DNA of 43,373 nt, taken from contig JAYEJE010000084.1 in NCBI GenBank assembly GCA_034660415.1, forward strand, positions 1 to 43,373, given 5' to 3'. This DNA is from Methanobacteriota archaeon. GTDB taxonomy: Archaea > Halobacteriota > Syntropharchaeia > Alkanophagales > Methanospirareceae. Below the pieces are notes generated by a model. The model worked only from the letters and a program-made list of their open reading frames with translations, was not told the DNA's origin and searched no databases. This document shows positions 18,505-26,443 of this stretch, piece after piece. Both the position numbers and the translations under genes were made by a program. Each line of letters opens with the position of its first letter. Position 1 is the stretch's first letter.

Positions 18505-19854
18505 TCATACATGTATTGGCATTCCAAGCAAGAAGTGCCCTATTCCAATAATTATTAATGAAATGAGTCCTGCCAGTATCATCAGATACGCTATTGCAAA
18601 GAACATCCACTTCAATGACATCTCTCGCCATATCGTCGCCATACATGCCACGCAAGGAACGTATATCAAACTGAATGCCAGTAATGCGTATGCCGAAAGA
18701 GGCGTGAGTACAGTAGGTAAGACATCTGCCGTTTGCCCTAACGTCTCCATTGTTGCTACCACTGTCTCCTTCGCCATGAATCCGAAAAATAGTGCCACTG
18801 CAGTCTTCCAGTCCCAGCCGAAAATCTCGACTGACGGCTGGAGAAAGTGACCGATCATTGCAATATACGAGTTCTCTATCACAGTACCACCCTGTGTTGG
18901 ACCCCATGGTAACACCTGGAGGAACCAAACAATTACGACTATACCGAATATGATTGTCCCTGCTTTATATATGAACCATTTCCCGCGCTCCCACATGTGT
19001 AGAATTGAAGCTTTTGCTGTTGGTATTGCGTAGCGAGGCAGTTCCATCATGAAAGCCGAGGGTGACCCTTTGAACAATGTGTGTCGGAAAAGTACTGCCA
19101 TTGCTATCGCTAAAGCGACACCAAGGAAAACTATTGAAAATATCACCGTCCCTACCATTTCTGCGGGGAACATAGCACCTGCTATGAACGTGTATATTAC
19201 CATCCTCGCTCCACAACTTATTAAGGGGTTCACCAGTATCGTAAGTTTTCTGTCCTTTTCACTCCCTATGGTACGACATGCCATTACCCCCGGAATATTG
19301 CATCCAAACCCACTTATCAGGGGTATAAAAGACTTACCATGCAGCCCCAATTTATACATTGCTTTGTCCATCACGAACGCTGCTCTTGACATGTAACCAC
19401 AGTCCTCTAATATAGCGAGAACAAGGAACAACAGAAATATAATTGGTATGAATGACAAAACAGTACCCACTCCATTGAATACCGCATTGTTTAGGAAGGA
19501 TAGGACAATCTTATTTGGTATCACCGCATTTGTAAGGTCTGGAAGCCATGCACCAAAGATTTTATCGGATATTAGACTCTGGAACGGAGCCCCAAAAGTA
19601 AATACTAATTGGAATACAGCCCACATCAAAGCTATAAAAACGGGTATTCCAAGTCTCTTATTCAAAAATACGACGTCGAGCATGTCGTTAATACTCCATT
19701 CCCGCTTTTTATCTACCTTCATTGTTTTGCTCAGTATTTCGTCTATCTCATCGTATCTCTTCTCTGCGAGAAGTACTTCCGGCTCTTCTTGTTCTTCTTC
19801 TTCTTCTTCTTCTTCTTCTTCCAAAACTTCTTCTTCACTCGGTTCTTCACTCAT
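18505..19854 (-). CDS. feoB: FeoB membrane part 2 with an acidic poly-Glu N-terminus
   Basis: 449 aa with GLHGKSFIPLISGFGCNIPG and other FeoB gate motifs. The N-terminus is EEEEEEEEEEQEE. Confidence 0.8.
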   Translation of the reverse strand: MSEEPSEEEVLEEEEEEEEEEQEEPEVLLAEKRYDEIDEILSKTMKVDKKREWSINDMLDVVFLNKRLGIPVFIALMWAVFQLVFTFGAPFQSLISDKIFGAWLPDLTNAVIPNKIVLSFLNNAVFNGVGTVLSFIPIIFLLFLVLAILEDCGYMSRAAFVMDKAMYKLGLHGKSFIPLISGFGCNIPGVMACRTIGSEKDRKLTILVNPLISCGARMVIYTFIAGAMFPAEMVGTVIFSIVFLGVALAIAMAVLFRHTLFKGSPSAFMMELPRYAIPTAKASILHMWERGKWFIYKAGTIIFGIVVIVWFLQVLPWGPTQGGTVIENSYIAMIGHFLQPSVEIFGWDWKTAVALFFGFMAKETVVATMETLGQTADVLPTVLTPLSAYALLAFSLIYVPCVACMATIWREMSLKWMFFAIAYLMILAGLISLIIIGIGHFLLGMPIHV

Positions 19855-19871
19855 TTTTAGTTACTTGCACC

Positions 19872-20564
19872 TCACCCTGCTGCATCTATTATCTCCCCCT
19901 TATGTGGGCTCTCGTCTATCTCCTTCAATACTTCTTCGTCCTTCTCCAGCACTTTTATCGCAAGCCATCTCGTTGGATACTTGCTTGACAGACGCGTATC
20001 CTTTTTAATCCCCGCTTCTACCTTTTTTATCAGCGCATTTATGTCTTCACCATAGTCAATCGGGTTCGCTCTTTTCCCTTTCTCCTTCGCTACCTCCACG
20101 GCAACCTTTTTCAATTCTTCCATTCCCTCTCCCGTAGTAGCAACTATTGGCACTACAGGCATACCAAGTATTCCAGACAGTTTCTGCTCATCTATCTCTA
20201 TTCCTCCCACTCCTGTCCACTGATTGATAGTCAGCACTATTTTCGCCTCCAACTCAATCAAAAGGAATGTAAGGTACAGATTCCTCTCCATGTTCGTGTT
20301 ATTCACAATATCAATTACAGCATCCGGCTTCTCCTCCACGATGAAATTCCTCGCTACCAATTCATCCATTGAACGTGCAGTAAGGCTGTAAGTGCCAGGT
20401 AAATCAACAAGTTCTATCTCCTCTCCGTCATACTTGCATTTACCCGTCTTTTTCTCCACCGTCACACCAGGCCAGTTACCAACGTGCTCTTTCATTCCGG
20501 TAAGTTGGTTGAAGGCCGCCGTCTTACCTACGTTGGGGTTTCCTATCAAGGCTACCGTTATCAT
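19872..20564 (-). CDS. feoB: FeoB G domain plus helical domain as a stand-alone protein
   Basis: GNPNVGKT (G1) and DLPG (G3). 230 aa. Located directly upstream of the permease gene. Confidence 0.8.
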   Translation of the reverse strand: MITVALIGNPNVGKTAAFNQLTGMKEHVGNWPGVTVEKKTGKCKYDGEEIELVDLPGTYSLTARSMDELVARNFIVEEKPDAVIDIVNNTNMERNLYLTFLLIELEAKIVLTINQWTGVGGIEIDEQKLSGILGMPVVPIVATTGEGMEELKKVAVEVAKEKGKRANPIDYGEDINALIKKVEAGIKKDTRLSSKYPTRWLAIKVLEKDEEVLKEIDESPHKGEIIDAAG

Positions 20565-20570
20565 TTCTTT

Positions 20571-20822
20571 CTATCCTACTATTTTTACCATTATCTTCAT
20601 CGCTATTCCTCTACCAAGCGCAATTTTTGTATCGCGCACACCAATAAGTATCGTGCCTCCGGGATTTGATACCACAACCTTTACCTTTGTCGAAGGTGTA
20701 AAGCCCATTTCAGTAAGGCGCTGTGTCATTCCTCTACCTCCCCTCAACTCTACTATCTCTCCTTCTTCACCTTCAGCAAGGAATGTTAAAGGCACTGCTT
20801 GCACTGCTTTCGTTTCACTCAT
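20571..20822 (-). CDS. feoA: FeoA (single domain)
   Basis: 83 aa with LTEMGFTPSTKVKV ... ALGRGIAMKIMV. Confidence 0.7.
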   Translation of the reverse strand: MSETKAVQAVPLTFLAEGEEGEIVELRGGRGMTQRLTEMGFTPSTKVKVVVSNPGGTILIGVRDTKIALGRGIAMKIMVKIVG

Positions 20823-21064
20823 CCGCCCTCTTCTTTCACCTCCACCCTTATAACCTCTGCTTCCTCTTTCCTTAGCGTTAGGTTGTATCCTCTCAAAAGA
20901 AATTCCACCGGATCACCCATTGGCGCTTTTCTTACTACTTCTATCCTTGAACCCCTCACGATGCCCATGTCCATCATCCTTCTTCGCTCGCCACCACTTC
21001 CTCCAACATGAGTGACTTTGCATGTATCGCCCGGTTCCAGGTCACTCAAATTTCGCTCTACCAT
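20819..21064 (-). CDS. feoA: FeoA (single domain)
   Basis: 81 aa with LSDLEPGDTCKVTHV ... MMDMGIVRGSRIEV. Confidence 0.7.
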   Translation of the reverse strand: MVERNLSDLEPGDTCKVTHVGGSGGERRRMMDMGIVRGSRIEVVRKAPMGDPVEFLLRGYNLTLRKEEAEVIRVEVKEEGG

Positions 21065-21067
21065 TTT

Positions 21068-21775
21068 TCATTCCACCCAAACCTTTTCTGCAAGTCCTCT
21101 TCCAATGGTTGCAAACTGTTCCCCGATTTTCGCAAGCACGTATTTCCCCTGTTTTGGACTTGGTACGACTATCTCCTTCCTGACCAGAGTTATCTCCTTC
21201 CCTTCTGCCATTCCAAGCTGTTCAAATTTCTCCTTAAGCGAGCGTCCACCAATTATCTCGCTTATTTTTACCTTCTCACCTTCTTTTAGATAATTTAGCT
21301 GAACGGATTTCCCTGCTTTTTCTGCCACCACCTTCGATGCCTGACCTTCGCCCATACTTATCTCCGCGCCATCAACTTCAAACACTAGAATGACGTCAGG
21401 GAGATGGCCGATAAACTCAACTTCTGTTCCTATTTTAACTCCCAGCTCGCTGATCCAATCCTCAAAAGTCTCTCCTCCTTCGATAGATTTTATCAGTGCC
21501 TTCTCTCCTTCTTCCAGTGTTAAAAGAGGAAGCATTTCGCCTTCTTTCGCCACATACACCTTATCCGCCCATCCACGAGCTAAGACTGCTTCTTTTCCTC
21601 CTGTTTTCACTGAAATAGGTCCTGCATGTACGTGCACTGGTTCAAGGGCGATTACCCTAAGTTTAGTCCCTTCTTCAATGCCCAACTCCCTGAGATATCC
21701 TGTTACCTCTGAACCACCATCTATTCTCTTTACTTCTACCGCTATTTCAGGCTCAACTTCGCTTAATTGTTCCAT
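21068..21775 (-). CDS. Triple-FeoA-domain protein (paralog)
   Basis: Collinear with 16497-17207 and 21870-22577. The ATG at 21775 (MEQLSEVEPE) follows GGAGTGGGAG and gives 235 aa, matching the paralogs. Confidence 0.7.
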   Translation of the reverse strand: MEQLSEVEPEIAVEVKRIDGGSEVTGYLRELGIEEGTKLRVIALEPVHVHAGPISVKTGGKEAVLARGWADKVYVAKEGEMLPLLTLEEGEKALIKSIEGGETFEDWISELGVKIGTEVEFIGHLPDVILVFEVDGAEISMGEGQASKVVAEKAGKSVQLNYLKEGEKVKISEIIGGRSLKEKFEQLGMAEGKEITLVRKEIVVPSPKQGKYVLAKIGEQFATIGRGLAEKVWVE

Positions 21776-21799
21776 TTTTTCTCCCACTCCAAAACAAAA

Positions 21800-21835
21800 A
21801 TAAGAAAAAGGTCAGAAAAAAACAATCCTGACCAA
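21800..21835 (-). terminator. Hairpin plus T5, a possible attenuator between the two triple-FeoA genes
   Basis: GGTCAG (21810-21815) pairs with CTGACC (21828-21833), and a T5 run follows on the minus strand. Confidence 0.3.
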
Positions 21836-21869
21836 AACATTCGCACTCTTCTTTCCTTTTGATTCTATC

Positions 21870-22577
21870 CTACGCTACCGAGACCTTTTCTGCAAGACCT
21901 TTCCCGATGGTTACAAAGTGTTCACCTATTTTCGCAAGCACGTAAGTTCCCACCTTTGGACTTGGCACAGGCGCCTCCGTCCTGACCAACGTTATCTCTT
22001 TTCCTTCCGCTACACCAATCTGTTCAAATTTCTCCGTAAGCGAGGTTCCACCAATTACCTTGCTTGCTTTTCCCTTCTCGCCTTCTTTTAGATTGTTTAG
22101 TTGAACAGATTGCCCGTCCTTTTCTACTACCACCTTCGATGCCTGACCTGGACCCATACTCATCTCTGCGCCGTCAACTTTAAACACCAGAGTGACGTCA
22201 GCAAGATGGCGGGAGAACTCAACTTCGCTTCCTATTTTAACTCCCAGCTCTTCGATCCAAGTCTCAAAAGTCTTTCCACCTTCAATTGTTTTTACCGTTC
22301 CTTTATCTCCTGCTTCGAGTCTTAAAAGCGGAAGCGTTTCCCCGCCTTTCTCCACATACACCTTATCCGCCCATCCACGAGCTATGGTAAGTTCTCCTTC
22401 TCCGCTTTTCACTGAAATAGGTCCTGCGTGCACATGCACTGGCTCAGTAGCTACCACTGTAAGCTCGGTTCCTTCTGCAATGCCCAACTCCTCCAGGTGG
22501 CTGTTGACTTCCGCGCCACCGTCTATTTTTTCTACCCGTACTTTTACCTCGGGCTCAACTTCGCTTAATAGTTTCAT
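21870..22577 (-). CDS. Triple-FeoA-domain protein (paralog)
   Basis: 235 aa with the same three-unit layout. First gene after cassette copy B. Confidence 0.7.
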   Translation of the reverse strand: MKLLSEVEPEVKVRVEKIDGGAEVNSHLEELGIAEGTELTVVATEPVHVHAGPISVKSGEGELTIARGWADKVYVEKGGETLPLLRLEAGDKGTVKTIEGGKTFETWIEELGVKIGSEVEFSRHLADVTLVFKVDGAEMSMGPGQASKVVVEKDGQSVQLNNLKEGEKGKASKVIGGTSLTEKFEQIGVAEGKEITLVRTEAPVPSPKVGTYVLAKIGEHFVTIGKGLAEKVSVA

Positions 22578-22595
22578 TTTTTCTCTATCTTTACT

Positions 22596-22695
22596 TTAAA
22601 GTTAGGGATACAAAAATCCTTCCCTAAAAAGATTCGGTTTTATGAAACAAACCTAAAAAAGTTAGGTTTTGGGGTAGAAACCGCTAATTTCTGTC
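22596..22695 (-). promoter_or_regulatory. Shared promoter/operator cassette, copy B (upstream of Feo locus 2)
   Basis: TTAGGG at 22602 and CCCTAA at 22622, followed by TTCGGTTTT and AAACCTAAAAAAGTTAGGTTTT as in copy A. Confidence 0.7.
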
Positions 22696-22720
22696 ACGTG
22701 TGAAGTTCTCACTTCCTTTC

Positions 22721-23359
22721 TCACATCCTCGCCTCGTATTTTAGCTCTTTAAATTTAAGCGTAAATGATGTTCCCTCGCCTCTATCAAGTTCTATTGTGC
22801 CATCAAGTTGTTCTACTAATGCTGTTACTAACTGCAAACCTAGGGATTCTGTGTTTTGGGAATCCAAACATTCCGGGAAACCAACGCCATTATCACTGAC
22901 AATCAAAGTAAAGTCACCGTTCTTAAGTAGTTTATACAACCCGACTTGAATCTTTCCGTTCTTGCCACCAGGGAAAGCATGCTTAAGAGAATTTGATACA
23001 AGCTCGCTGATGATCAAACCACAGGGAACTCCGGTATTAATGTCCAGGAAAATATCTTTGACCTCTATATCCAGTTTGATGCCCTTTGGGTTGTAAGAGC
23101 GAAACAAATTACCGGTAAGACCATTGATATAAGCAGCAAAGTCAATTATTGCCAGGTCCTTGGATTGGTACAACCTATCGTGTATGAGTGCCATTGACTT
23201 GACACGATTCTGGGTATCCTTGAACATCTCCAATGCTTGTTTATCCTCTATACGTCTGGATTGAAGCCTGAGCAAACTGGAAATTATTTGCAGATTATTT
23301 TTTACGCGGTGGTGAACTTCCCGCAACAGCACTTCTTTTTCCATTCCCTTCTTCCACAC
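22721..23359 (-). CDS. Histidine kinase core (HisKA_2-type H box plus HATPase_c) with no sensor, TM or receiver domain
   Basis: The H box EVHHRVKNNLQIISSLL starts at residue ~13. N and G boxes are present (SNSLKHAF, DNGVGFP). An in-frame stop lies immediately upstream of the start. Confidence 0.7.
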   Translation of the reverse strand: MWKKGMEKEVLLREVHHRVKNNLQIISSLLRLQSRRIEDKQALEMFKDTQNRVKSMALIHDRLYQSKDLAIIDFAAYINGLTGNLFRSYNPKGIKLDIEVKDIFLDINTGVPCGLIISELVSNSLKHAFPGGKNGKIQVGLYKLLKNGDFTLIVSDNGVGFPECLDSQNTESLGLQLVTALVEQLDGTIELDRGEGTSFTLKFKELKYEARM

Positions 23360-23394
23360 TCATTTTTTTTAGGTTCTCCTAATTGGTAGGATGA

Positions 23395-23495
23395 TAAGGA
23401 ATTAGGCTCATAAATAATAGCCCCTAAAAAGGTTCAATTTTGGTAAATAACCCTAAAAAAGTTAGGTTTGGGGATAGAAACCGATGATTTTCGCT
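23395..23495 (-). promoter_or_regulatory. Shared promoter/operator cassette, copy C (upstream of the kinase)
   Basis: TTAGG at 23402 and CCCTAA at 23422 (offset 21), followed by AACCCTAAAAAAGTTAGGTTT. Confidence 0.65.
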
Positions 23496-23590
23496 ATACA
23501 TTCAGATTTCAAAAGCGGAAATCTTTTTTGTCCCTGAGATAAGGGAATGCAACAATTGATGATAAGATTCTCTGCTCCTTCTGGAGGATT

Positions 23591-23674
23591 ATCTCTTAGT
23601 CCGAGCACATACTCGATCTTTCGATTGTGATCGCTGTATGAAGATATGGACAAAGGCACAGCTAGTATTTTCGT
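23591..23674 (-). pseudogene. Fragment of a CbiX-like gene, paralogous to 23906-25954
   Basis: TKILAVPLSISSYSDHNRKIEYVLGLRD aligns with TKIIAVPLFISSHSGHIGEIEYVLGLRE of the intact gene. It is cut on one side by repeat copy 2 and on the other reads through into cassette C. Confidence 0.6.
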
Positions 23675-23675
23675 T

Positions 23676-23817
23676 CACAAGAAAAAATAAATTATAGACA
23701 CAGATTAACGCAGATTAACACAGATGATAAGAATCAACACGGTTAAACAAAAATAAATCTGCGTAAATCCGTGTAAATCTGTGTCTTAAAGAGAAGGAAG
23801 TTATACTTTATATACAA
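23676..23817 (-). repeat. Copy 2, in inverted orientation, of the ~140-bp repeat with the MITE-like core
   Basis: Its reverse complement reads TTGTATATAAAGTATAACTTCC ... GACACAGATTTACACGGATTTACGCAG ... AATCTGTGTCTATAATTTATTTTTTCTTGTG. The core has three decamers (ACACAGATTA-like) in each arm. Confidence 0.75.
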
Positions 23818-23905
23818 TAAAAAAGAAAAGACAAAGAACAGACGCCCATATTAGGCTTCTGCCCCTCCTAAATTTTATCTGTTTCGTTTCTAAAAACAAC
23901 TGGTG

Positions 23906-25954
23906 TCAATTACTTTCCTCGAAAATACTGTCCACTGGCAGATACATCAACTTCTCCTTTAGCTCTCTCCAGAGCAACTTAAACGCTTTCTTCTCCTCTT
24001 TCGTTACATCGCCTTTTCCCATTTTCGCCAATTTGCACTTCGTCCTCAGTTCAAAGAATCGTTCCGGGAATATCTCCTCCTCCACCCGGAGCGTGATTGA
24101 ATCATTGGTGGACTTCCGAGTGAATGTGTAGCCGTAGTTATCTGCCGTAATATTTACTATGTCTGCTCCTTCGTCAATTGTGAGGTCTTCTGTTGAACCC
24201 AATATGTATTCAAAGGTCATCATGTGTCCGTCGGATGGATGTCCGGAGTTAATTTTCACGTCACCTCGATGTGGTGTTCCGTTCCACAATTCTTCTTCTG
24301 AAAATGCTCGCAAGGTTGACTTGAATGCAGATGCCACACAGGGGCATATCTCTACCACACCCTCACCGTGATATTTTCCGGCGTCCTCTATTGTTATCGT
24401 TAGCAGTTCTTCTCCGTCGTATATCTGTACTGATGGGTAACTGAGCTCCTTAGCCACCATGAGTTCGATCCATTCTGCCACATTCGAATGCGGCGTCAGC
24501 GCTCTCTCCCCTTTTTCCGGATATGCGTAACTAATGTTCTTCAGCAGCTTTGGTATTTTTCTACCCGTGAAGTACCCTTCACTGACCATTAGCGGAACCA
24601 CAATAGAGTGAGATGTCGCGGAAACATTCTCCACCACCGCTCTTACTAAGAGGTCTGAATGTAGCGTCTCATTTGGAAATACAAATGAGTAGCGTACATC
24701 ATTTATATTGAGTCCCATTCCGTACCTCAATTTCAGTTTCATCTGCTCTGCCAGCGACTTGGAACTGCTCACCCAACCTGCAAAATTGGATTCATTACCT
24801 GTTCCGTGTGCAACAAGTACGATGGTTTCATTGGCTGGATCTTCGCTTAACGCAGCCGCACGATCCACCAGAATATCCGCAATCGCCCAGTGGTCATCAA
24901 TAGCATTCGTAAGTACAATCTCCGTTTCTGTATCAACGGGAACGAGTTCTTCTTCCTCCGCTTCTCCTCCGCCGTGGTGCTGCTTTGCTGTTACTCCCAT
25001 TGCGCTTACGGTCTCGACTATCGGCATGTAGGAAACGCGGTATCGCCCTTCAAGAGATACGATAGAACGTTCTAGCTCTTTCCCTTCGACAAATACCTGC
25101 ATGCTCATCGTCGTCAGTTCCTCGCGCAGCCCAAGCACATACTCGATCTCGCCAATGTGCCCGCTGTGTGATGATATGAACAGCGGTACTGCGATTATCT
25201 TTGTAACGCCCGCTTCATCGAGCTTGCCCACTGCAATGTTTATCGTCTCGTTCGGCACAAACTCCAAGAAGCCGAGTTCTATTGGGTACGGCGAACTTAC
25301 ATTCGCCACTACTGATCGAAGAGGAGCACACCATGAATCGCTCGGACTGCCATGTCCTACCACCAGAATGCCTATTTGTTCGTACTCCTCAACAGGTGCC
25401 TCTTTGATCCGAGTGAACGTACCTTCCCATTCTGCAACCACAATACCGGTTGTATTTTTCGCTGTCCAGGTCTTTACCGTGGTATTATCATCAACAAAAG
25501 TCTCACTCTCCTCACAGGTAACATTCTCCAGGATACCTAACTCGGGAAGACCGTCCATATCATAAGAGCTACCATAGCCATTTGGCAGTAAATCATAATA
25601 CAAGGGTTCCTCGTCTCCCTCCTTAATCGCAAACTTCTCTTTGTCCGCGTCCCACCAAGCTTCCCCGGTCTCTGCTCCCTCTTCTCCGTCCATTACCACA
25701 ACAAAATCGGCAGTGGTCGGTCCGGTCAGGCTAACAGTTCTCGTACCGATAGTGGGCATGGCCTGTTCACCTATCGTCATTGTGCCATTGAAGCTCCAGT
25801 TGCCGGAAAGCCGCTCGAAGAGTTCCTCAGCCGTTATCTGCTCTGATAGGTTGCTATCTTCGGCATTTGCAACTCCCGTAGATAACGTAAGAACACCCAA
25901 TAATAAGATGCATGTTAGCACTACAACAGCGTTTTTTCTTTTCGTTTCATTCAT
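23906..25954 (-). CDS. Secreted multidomain protein: signal peptide, beta-rich N-domain, two CbiX-type class II chelatase domains, C-terminal domain X
   Basis: Signal peptide ends GVANA-ED. The CbiX motifs are ILVVGHGSPSDSW ... AVPLFISSHSGH and IVLVAHGTGNES ... VVPLMVSEGYF. The C-terminus carries KYHGEGVVEICPCVASAFKS, YTFTRKSTN and IFPERFFELR. Confidence 0.7.
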   Translation of the reverse strand: MNETKRKNAVVVLTCILLLGVLTLSTGVANAEDSNLSEQITAEELFERLSGNWSFNGTMTIGEQAMPTIGTRTVSLTGPTTADFVVVMDGEEGAETGEAWWDADKEKFAIKEGDEEPLYYDLLPNGYGSSYDMDGLPELGILENVTCEESETFVDDNTTVKTWTAKNTTGIVVAEWEGTFTRIKEAPVEEYEQIGILVVGHGSPSDSWCAPLRSVVANVSSPYPIELGFLEFVPNETINIAVGKLDEAGVTKIIAVPLFISSHSGHIGEIEYVLGLREELTTMSMQVFVEGKELERSIVSLEGRYRVSYMPIVETVSAMGVTAKQHHGGGEAEEEELVPVDTETEIVLTNAIDDHWAIADILVDRAAALSEDPANETIVLVAHGTGNESNFAGWVSSSKSLAEQMKLKLRYGMGLNINDVRYSFVFPNETLHSDLLVRAVVENVSATSHSIVVPLMVSEGYFTGRKIPKLLKNISYAYPEKGERALTPHSNVAEWIELMVAKELSYPSVQIYDGEELLTITIEDAGKYHGEGVVEICPCVASAFKSTLRAFSEEELWNGTPHRGDVKINSGHPSDGHMMTFEYILGSTEDLTIDEGADIVNITADNYGYTFTRKSTNDSITLRVEEEIFPERFFELRTKCKLAKMGKGDVTKEEKKAFKLLWRELKEKLMYLPVDSIFEESN

Positions 25955-26130
25955 TTTTTCTTTCTTTTCACCTCCTAAAACATTTCTTTCTTTTATGCGA
26001 AGCGCTTTTGTAAAACTTTTTTGATAAAACAGTTCTTAAAAGTTTTGTAAACGCTTTTCTAACTGGTTTAAAGAACGCTTTACCAACAACTTTTTCGGTA
26101 AAGCCTTATGGTTTTCTTTAGAAAAAGGAT

Positions 26131-26225
26131 TTGTTGTTAGGGGCATATAAATCACGCCCTAAAAATGTTCGGTTTTGGATATAAAGCCGAAAAAGGTTAG
26201 GCTTTTTGGAAAAACCGACTCTGTG
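26131..26225 (-). promoter_or_regulatory. Shared promoter/operator cassette, copy D (~180 bp upstream of the CbiX fusion gene)
   Basis: TTAGG 26137, CCTAA 26158, TTCGG 26168, CCGAA 26187 and TTAGG 26197. In the gene-sense orientation the core reads GATTTATATGCC, a good TATA box. Confidence 0.75.
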
Positions 26226-26443
26226 CCTCTAATCTGTGCCCAACAGGTATATTAAATAGGCGGATGGTATTTGTTTACAGGTTAGGTTTTATTTACATCA
26301 TCTTCATCATGGCAGCCGTAGACATGTCGAATAGTGCTTGTATTAGCGATGGAACAGTTACTAATTAACATGCAAATCATATATCGCAAAAAATATGGCT
26401 GAGGACGTGTCATGGTTATTCATGCCCTCTCTCAGCTACATTT

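Noticed and set aside
19792-19822. (TTC)n microsatellite.
   Set aside because: It is the coding sequence of the poly-Glu N-terminus of FeoB permease 2, in frame. It is not an independent non-coding repeat, although slippage could vary the Glu count.
18338-22599. Plus-strand ORFs overlapping the Feo genes (18338-18850, 19049-19396, 19448-20008, 20392-20853, 21390-21803, 22192-22599).
   Set aside because: All lie antisense to ORFs with clear FeoA/FeoB motifs. They have no start-site context and a biased S/P/L composition.
23462-23659. 65-aa ORF listed as a possible gene.
   Set aside because: Only its first ~23 codons are homologous to CbiX. The rest is read-through into promoter cassette C. 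I treated it as a pseudogene fragment instead.
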